Under the pieces are notes generated by a model. It was not told the origin of the DNA and searched no databases. It was given only the letters and a program-made list of their open reading frames with translations. The translations under genes were made by a program, and so were the position numbers. A DNA stretch of 32,000 nucleotides. Source: Bacillus subtilis subsp. subtilis str. 168 (GTDB taxonomy: Bacteria; Bacillota; Bacilli; Bacillales; Bacillaceae). Shown piece after piece: positions 26,558 to 32,000 of this stretch. The stretch is from NCBI RefSeq assembly GCF_000009045.1, contig NC_000964.3, positions 450,001-482,000 of the forward strand, read 5' to 3'. Position 1 is the first letter of the stretch. Every line of letters begins with the position of its first letter.

Positions 26558-28741
26558 ATGTCAAAAACAGTTGTATTAGCTGAAAAACCTTCAGTCGGCC
26601 GGGATTTAGCCCGGGTACTGAAGTGCCATAAAAAAGGAAACGGTTATCTCGAAGGCGATCAATATATTGTGACTTGGGCTTTAGGCCATTTGGTGACGCT
26701 TGCTGATCCGGAAGGCTACGGAAAAGAATTTCAATCATGGCGCCTAGAGGATCTGCCGATTATCCCAGAACCCTTGAAGCTTGTGGTGATAAAAAAAACC
26801 GGAAAGCAGTTCAATGCAGTCAAATCCCAGCTTACCCGTAAAGACGTCAATCAGATTGTCATCGCGACTGACGCAGGCCGGGAAGGTGAGCTTGTTGCGC
26901 GCTGGATCATTGAGAAAGCGAATGTCCGAAAACCAATCAAGCGGCTGTGGATTTCATCTGTGACGGATAAAGCGATCAAGGAAGGTTTTCAAAAGCTGCG
27001 CAGCGGCAAAGAATATGAAAACCTGTACCATTCTGCCGTCGCCAGAGCGGAAGCGGATTGGATTGTGGGGATCAACGCCACCCGTGCACTTACCACAAAA
27101 TTCAATGCCCAGCTCTCATGCGGGCGTGTGCAGACTCCGACGCTTGCCATGATTGCAAAGCGCGAGGCAGACATTCAGGCGTTTACGCCCGTTCCGTATT
27201 ACGGCATACGTGCTGCAGTCGACGGCATGACGCTGACGTGGCAGGATAAGAAATCAAAGCAGACGAGAACGTTCAATCAAGATGTAACAAGCCGTTTGCT
27301 AAAAAATCTCCAAGGAAAGCAAGCGGTCGTAGCTGAGCTGAAAAAAACAGCGAAAAAAAGCTTTGCGCCTGCGCTTTATGATTTAACGGAGCTCCAGCGT
27401 GACGCCCACAAGCGCTTCGGTTTTTCTGCCAAAGAAACGCTTTCTGTCCTGCAGAAGCTATATGAGCAGCATAAGCTCGTCACATATCCGCGGACGGACT
27501 CTAGATTTTTATCCAGTGACATCGTCCCGACGTTAAAAGACCGTCTGGAAGGCATGGAAGTAAAACCGTATGCCCAATATGTCAGCCAAATTAAAAAACG
27601 CGGCATTAAATCTCATAAAGGATATGTCAATGACGCGAAGGTGTCAGACCACCACGCGATTATCCCGACCGAAGAGCCGCTCGTTCTCAGCAGTCTGAGT
27701 GATAAAGAACGAAAGCTGTATGACCTGATTGCGAAACGTTTCCTGGCTGTATTAATGCCTGCATTCGAATATGAGGAAACAAAGGTCATCGCAGAAATCG
27801 GCGGAGAAACCTTTACGGCGAAAGGCAAAACCGTGCAGTCGCAAGGGTGGAAAGCCGTTTATGATATGGCGGAAGAGGATGATGAGCAGGAGGATGACAG
27901 AGATCAGACACTTCCTGCGCTTCAAAAAGGCGACACACTTGCCGTCCGCACGTTAACGGAAACAAGCGGCCAAACGAAGCCGCCTGCCCGCTTTAATGAA
28001 GGGACCTTGCTGTCAGCGATGGAAAACCCAAGCGCGTTTATGCAGGGAGAAGAAAAAGGCCTCGTCAAAACGCTTGGAGAAACAGGCGGCCTCGGCACGG
28101 TGGCAACGCGTGCCGACATTATTGAAAAACTGTTCAACAGCTTTTTAATCGAGAAAAAAGGCCAAGATATTTTTATCACATCTAAAGGAAAACAGCTCCT
28201 GCAGCTTGTTCCGGAGGATCTGAAATCACCGGCCTTAACAGCAGAATGGGAGCAAAAGCTGTCTGCGATCGCGGCCGGCAAATTGAAATCGGCTGTTTTT
28301 ATTAAAGATATGAAGGCTTACGCTCACCAAACGGTAAAAGAAATCAAAAACAGCAGCCAAACCTTCCGACATGACAACATTACGGGAACGGCATGTCCGG
28401 AATGCGGCAAAATGATGCTGAAAGTAAACGGCAAACGCGGGACGATGCTCGTGTGCCAAGATCGTGAATGCGGAAGCAGAAAAACGATTGCCCGAAAAAC
28501 AAACGCACGCTGCCCAAATTGCCATAAAAGAATGGAGCTTCGCGGCCAAGGCGAGGGCCAAACCTTTGCGTGTGTGTGCGGTCACCGTGAAAAGCTCTCT
28601 GTATTTGAAAAACGAAAAAACAAAGACAAAGCGCGTGCTACCAAACGGGACGTATCCTCTTATATGAAAAAACAAAATAAAGATGAGCCGATTAACAACG
28701 CGCTGGCAGAACAGCTGAAAAAACTCGGTTTGGATAAATAA
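26558..28741 (+). CDS. topB: DNA topoisomerase III
   Basis: LAEKPSVGRDLARVL Toprim; YPRTDSRFL active-site Tyr; C-terminal zinc-binding CPECGKMM...CQDREC and CPNCHKRM...CVCGH. Confidence 0.96.
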   Translation: MSKTVVLAEKPSVGRDLARVLKCHKKGNGYLEGDQYIVTWALGHLVTLADPEGYGKEFQSWRLEDLPIIPEPLKLVVIKKTGKQFNAVKSQLTRKDVNQIVIATDAGREGELVARWIIEKANVRKPIKRLWISSVTDKAIKEGFQKLRSGKEYENLYHSAVARAEADWIVGINATRALTTKFNAQLSCGRVQTPTLAMIAKREADIQAFTPVPYYGIRAAVDGMTLTWQDKKSKQTRTFNQDVTSRLLKNLQGKQAVVAELKKTAKKSFAPALYDLTELQRDAHKRFGFSAKETLSVLQKLYEQHKLVTYPRTDSRFLSSDIVPTLKDRLEGMEVKPYAQYVSQIKKRGIKSHKGYVNDAKVSDHHAIIPTEEPLVLSSLSDKERKLYDLIAKRFLAVLMPAFEYEETKVIAEIGGETFTAKGKTVQSQGWKAVYDMAEEDDEQEDDRDQTLPALQKGDTLAVRTLTETSGQTKPPARFNEGTLLSAMENPSAFMQGEEKGLVKTLGETGGLGTVATRADIIEKLFNSFLIEKKGQDIFITSKGKQLLQLVPEDLKSPALTAEWEQKLSAIAAGKLKSAVFIKDMKAYAHQTVKEIKNSSQTFRHDNITGTACPECGKMMLKVNGKRGTMLVCQDRECGSRKTIARKTNARCPNCHKRMELRGQGEGQTFACVCGHREKLSVFEKRKNKDKARATKRDVSSYMKKQNKDEPINNALAEQLKKLGLDK

Positions 28742-28743
28742 TA

Positions 28744-28775
28744 AAAAAACCTGTGCCTATCGCACAGGTTTTTTA
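28744..28775. terminator. Intrinsic terminator of topB
   Basis: aaaaaacctgtgc-ctatc-gcacaggtttttt, near-perfect stem. Confidence 0.93.
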
Positions 28776-28943
28776 TTGGACTTAGGTCCTGTTTTCTTAA
28801 TGTTCAAAAAGGGAAAAAAAAGCTAGCAATCTGCATTTTTTTTCTTTTATAGTAAATGTACTTTGTAACATGGCAGTCATATTTTCGTCTATAACTATTT
28901 GTGAGCGTCTGATTTGCTTCAGGCGACAAAGGGGGATTTGCCT

Positions 28944-30032
28944 GTGAGGCATGTACTAATTGCTGTCATCTTATTCTTCTTATCTATCGGACTTTCCGCA
29001 GGGTGTGCTGAAGCTGGAAACAAGACCCAAAATCAGTCGGCGACAGAAGTGAATGCCAGCCCGCTCCAGCCGGCGGAATATTTCATCTATCACAATTTAA
29101 TGAATGACAAAGGGCTGATCAAAACCGATTTTTCAGACCAGCCTTCTTACTTGTCGGAATCTCTCGGACTGTGGATGGAGTTTCTGCTCAGCAAAAATGA
29201 CGCACCACATTTCCAGGATCAATATCAGCATCTGACTGATTCATTTCTGATGAGCAATCACTTGGTGACGTGGAAGATTCAAAATGGCCAAGCGAGCGGG
29301 ACGAATGCGCTGATAGATGATATGAGAATTATGCTGTCTCTTGACCAAGCCGCCGCAAAATGGGGCCGCAGCGACTACGCGCAAACGGCTAGGGATATCG
29401 GCACGTCTTTGAAGACATACAATATGAACAACGGGTTTTTTACAGACTTTTACGACTCACAGGCCGCTTCAAAGGATGTGACGCTTTCATACGTCATGCC
29501 TGATGCCTTAGCTGTCTTAAAGAAGAATGGAATCATAGACGAAGAAACAGAACAGCGGAATGCCAATGTTCTCTATTCAGCTCCTTTAAAAAATGGCTTT
29601 CTGCCGAAGACATACAGCTCGGAGACGAAGGAATACACATATGATAGTGAAATCAACCTGATTGATCAGCTTTACGCTGCTTGGCATTTGCCGGAAGGGG
29701 ATGAAAAAGCATCTGTTTTAGCGGACTGGATCAAGCAGGAATTTCAGAAAAACGGAAAGCTGTACGGGCGGTATTCGGCATATACGAAGGAGCCTGCCGT
29801 CCAATATGAGTCTCCATCCGTATATGCCTTAGCCGTATTGTTTTTGACAAAACAGCATGAAAACAGTTCTGTCATCAAAGCCATATATGATAGAATGAAT
29901 GACTTTGAAATTCATGATCCGGTGAAATCGTATTATGGAGGCTATATGAGCGGCACTCAGACGCATTCATTTGACAATCTGCTGCCGCTGTTAGCCGAAA
30001 GGAAGCTTTTTAATGAAAATATCATTCAGTGA
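28944..30032 (+). CDS. ydaJ: Lipoprotein, glycoside hydrolase family 8-like
   Basis: Lipobox GLSAGC; WMEFLL...; EYTYDSEINLIDQLYAAW; GTG 28944 follows AAAGGGGG with 8-nt spacing. Confidence 0.85.
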   Translation: MRHVLIAVILFFLSIGLSAGCAEAGNKTQNQSATEVNASPLQPAEYFIYHNLMNDKGLIKTDFSDQPSYLSESLGLWMEFLLSKNDAPHFQDQYQHLTDSFLMSNHLVTWKIQNGQASGTNALIDDMRIMLSLDQAAAKWGRSDYAQTARDIGTSLKTYNMNNGFFTDFYDSQAASKDVTLSYVMPDALAVLKKNGIIDEETEQRNANVLYSAPLKNGFLPKTYSSETKEYTYDSEINLIDQLYAAWHLPEGDEKASVLADWIKQEFQKNGKLYGRYSAYTKEPAVQYESPSVYALAVLFLTKQHENSSVIKAIYDRMNDFEIHDPVKSYYGGYMSGTQTHSFDNLLPLLAERKLFNENIIQ

Positions 30033-30864
30033 ATCACAAAAATTATTTGCTTATTTTTCAGGGCTCATCGCGGCCCTGTCTTTGTTTATTTATTATGTGT
30101 CAGCCCAGCAATCAGAAGGTGCTCTGATCCTTTGCATCACATTTGGCGTCATCGCCGCAGGCATCTGGTTCGGCCCGATTTACGCGCTGGCAGTGACCTT
30201 AATCGTACTCTTTGTTCTCGGCACCTTAATGATGTTTTTCCAGACTGGACAGACATCGCTCTTTCCGGCTGAGGAAGGGCTGCGAATGCTTGTCGTGTGG
30301 GGAATCGCGCTTTTGCTGTTTTCTTTTATTTCTGGAAGAATCCACGATATTACAGCAGAGCTTCGGCGCTCAATGACACGGCTTCAATCCGAAATTAAAA
30401 GCTATGTTGCTGTTGACAGAGTGACTGGTTTTGATAACAAGCAAAGGATGAAGCTGGAACTTTCAGAAGAAATCAAGCGGGCGGAGCGCTACGGCAATTC
30501 TTTTGTGTTTTTGCTGCTCCATATGCATTATTTCAAAGAGTTTAAGTCTTTGTACGGTGAAAAAGAAACGGACCGCCTCTTCCAATATGTCGGTCAGCAA
30601 ATCAGGACAAGCGTTCGGGAAACGGATAAGAAATTCCGTCCCTCTGACGAGCGTATCGGGATCGTGCTGACGCACACGCCTGCTGAACATATGCCGGCCG
30701 TTCTGACTAAGCTGAAGAAACAATTGGATACATATCAGCTGGAAAATGGAAAGTATGTGTCGCTTACGTTCCACGTTTGCTATTTGCCCTACCGCAACGA
30801 TATCCAAACAGCTGATCAATTTTTAGAAGAACTGGAAAACGAGATGATGATGAATGAACTATAA
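30013..30864 (+). CDS. ydaK: Membrane-anchored degenerate GGDEF protein (c-di-GMP receptor type)
   Basis: Multiple N-terminal TM segments, then a GGDEF-fold region with RETDKKFRPSDERI in place of RxxDxxxRxGGDEF. Confidence 0.9.
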   Translation: MKISFSESQKLFAYFSGLIAALSLFIYYVSAQQSEGALILCITFGVIAAGIWFGPIYALAVTLIVLFVLGTLMMFFQTGQTSLFPAEEGLRMLVVWGIALLLFSFISGRIHDITAELRRSMTRLQSEIKSYVAVDRVTGFDNKQRMKLELSEEIKRAERYGNSFVFLLLHMHYFKEFKSLYGEKETDRLFQYVGQQIRTSVRETDKKFRPSDERIGIVLTHTPAEHMPAVLTKLKKQLDTYQLENGKYVSLTFHVCYLPYRNDIQTADQFLEELENEMMMNEL

Positions 30865-32000
30865 AGGAATCACATTGCTATGCGTCATGATGCTTCTATT
30901 TTCAGCTATTGCGTCTTTTCCCGTTTCTGCGCAAGCGAAAGATCAGGATGCCGGCATTCTCATCATCTACTCAACCTTGGACGGCAAAGAGTCGTCACAA
31001 GTCAAAATGCTCGATTTGCTTGCGGGCCACTTTACATCCCATGTGACAGTCAAAAAAGATTCAGACGTTGAAGCGTCGGATTTCAAAGGGAAAGACCATG
31101 TGATTTATTACGGCCAAACGAAAAGAAAGCTCAGCCAAAAATTGCTGTCTCTTATCAGCGGCGTGAAAAAACCGGTTGTCGCCATTGGCTATAACGCAGG
31201 CCAAATCAGCCAATTTTCTGGGCTTTCATTAGCCCGCAAAGAAAATGTGTTTCAGGTTCACAGCAGGTCAGAAAAGGCCGATGTGTCTCTGGAAAGCGGG
31301 CTTAACGTGCTGAGTGTATCAGGCCTGAAAGGAACGGCGCTTTACACCTTCAAAGCGGATGAAGGCACAACGCATTCTTTTATATGGAAAACAAAAAAAG
31401 GGAATGTGTACATTGGATTAACAAATTTGTTAAATGACAATTTGATCGTGGCGAAACAGCTCAGAGAAGCTTTCGGAGAGAAGGCGGGGACGACGTTATT
31501 GTATTTGCGTCTCGAGGATATCAGCCCGATGTCTGATGAAAAACTGCTGCTTCAAGCCGGTACATACCTGCATAAGCGGCATATTCCTTTTATCCTGGCG
31601 GTCATTCCGGTTTACTTGAATCCGGAAACAGGCGACAAAGTGTATTTGTCTAATCAACCGAAGATGGTCAAGGTGCTGAAGAAGCTGCAAAGCATGGGCG
31701 GCAGTATCATAGTTCACGGCTATACTCACGCTTATCGCTACAGTGAAACAGGAGAGGGATTTGAATTTTGGGATGCAAAGGCGGATCAGCCGATTACATC
31801 CGGAAATGCCGAAGACCCCCCGTCCATTTTGGAGAAAGAACAGGACTTCCCGAACGAACAAGCCTATCACAGCTATCTTGAACCATTTCGGGAAAAGGAA
31901 GAAACGTATACAAAACAAAAACTGACGCGTGCCATTGAGGATTTGACATCATCGGGTCTTTACCCGCTGGCGTTTGAAGCGCCGCATTACACGATGTCCG
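30854..32000 (+). CDS. ydaL: DUF2334 polysaccharide-deacetylase-like exported protein (3' truncated by window end)
   Basis: Hand translation MNYKGITLLCVMMLLFSAIASFPVSAQAKDQDAGILIIYST...; LRLEDISPMSDE, IVHGYTHAYRY, FEAPHYTMS; overlaps the ydaK end by 11 nt. TTG 30875, with AAAGGA upstream, is an alternative start. Confidence 0.85.
   Translation, partial: MNYKGITLLCVMMLLFSAIASFPVSAQAKDQDAGILIIYSTLDGKESSQVKMLDLLAGHFTSHVTVKKDSDVEASDFKGKDHVIYYGQTKRKLSQKLLSLISGVKKPVVAIGYNAGQISQFSGLSLARKENVFQVHSRSEKADVSLESGLNVLSVSGLKGTALYTFKADEGTTHSFIWKTKKGNVYIGLTNLLNDNLIVAKQLREAFGEKAGTTLLYLRLEDISPMSDEKLLLQAGTYLHKRHIPFILAVIPVYLNPETGDKVYLSNQPKMVKVLKKLQSMGGSIIVHGYTHAYRYSETGEGFEFWDAKADQPITSGNAEDPPSILEKEQDFPNEQAYHSYLEPFREKEETYTKQKLTRAIEDLTSSGLYPLAFEAPHYTMS

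Noticed and set aside
27922-28281. 119-aa minus-strand ORF (and 28235-28675) in topB
   Set aside because: Antisense shadow ORFs of the well-conserved topoisomerase III gene.
31496-31918. 140-aa minus-strand ORF near the window end
   Set aside because: Antisense to the DUF2334 deacetylase-like CDS, whose conserved motifs clearly set the coding strand.

Overview
This 32 kb window is ordinary core chromosome from the Bacillus subtilis group. I base that on recognising the gene order and the protein sequences, not on a database search. Order: 'mtlA-mtlF-mtlD, ycsA, sipU, (-) alpha/beta hydrolase, ycsD, (-) small ORF, ycsE, ycsF(pxpA)-ycsG-ycsI-kipI(pxpB)-kipA(pxpC)-kipR, lipC, yczI, (-) yczJ, pbpC, ycsN, mtlR, ydaB, (-) ydaC, ydaD-ydaE, ydaF, ydaG, ydaH(amj), (-) ydzA, lrpC, topB, ydaJ-ydaK-ydaL'. 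I found no rRNA, tRNA, CRISPR array, prophage or transposase. Most spaces between genes are short and many hold clear intrinsic terminators. No obviously new multi-gene system is visible. The points most worth following up are: (1) the ~500 bp ydaG-ydaH intergenic region, with a long imperfect inverted repeat, several nested hairpins, candidate promoters and a strong terminator, i.e. candidate non-coding RNA(s); (2) the 5-oxoprolinase operon, which also carries an NRAMP-like transporter apparently lacking the metal-binding DPGN motif and a D-glutamate-cyclase-family protein, and which has a perfect 10-bp inverted repeat just downstream of its promoter (candidate KipR operator) and a TnrA-like box upstream; (3) a 54-codon minus-strand ORF missing from the supplied ORF track; (4) a degenerate GGDEF protein (YdaK) with an intact RxxD I-site in an exopolysaccharide-type operon; (5) convergent genes whose 3' ends overlap terminator hairpins.
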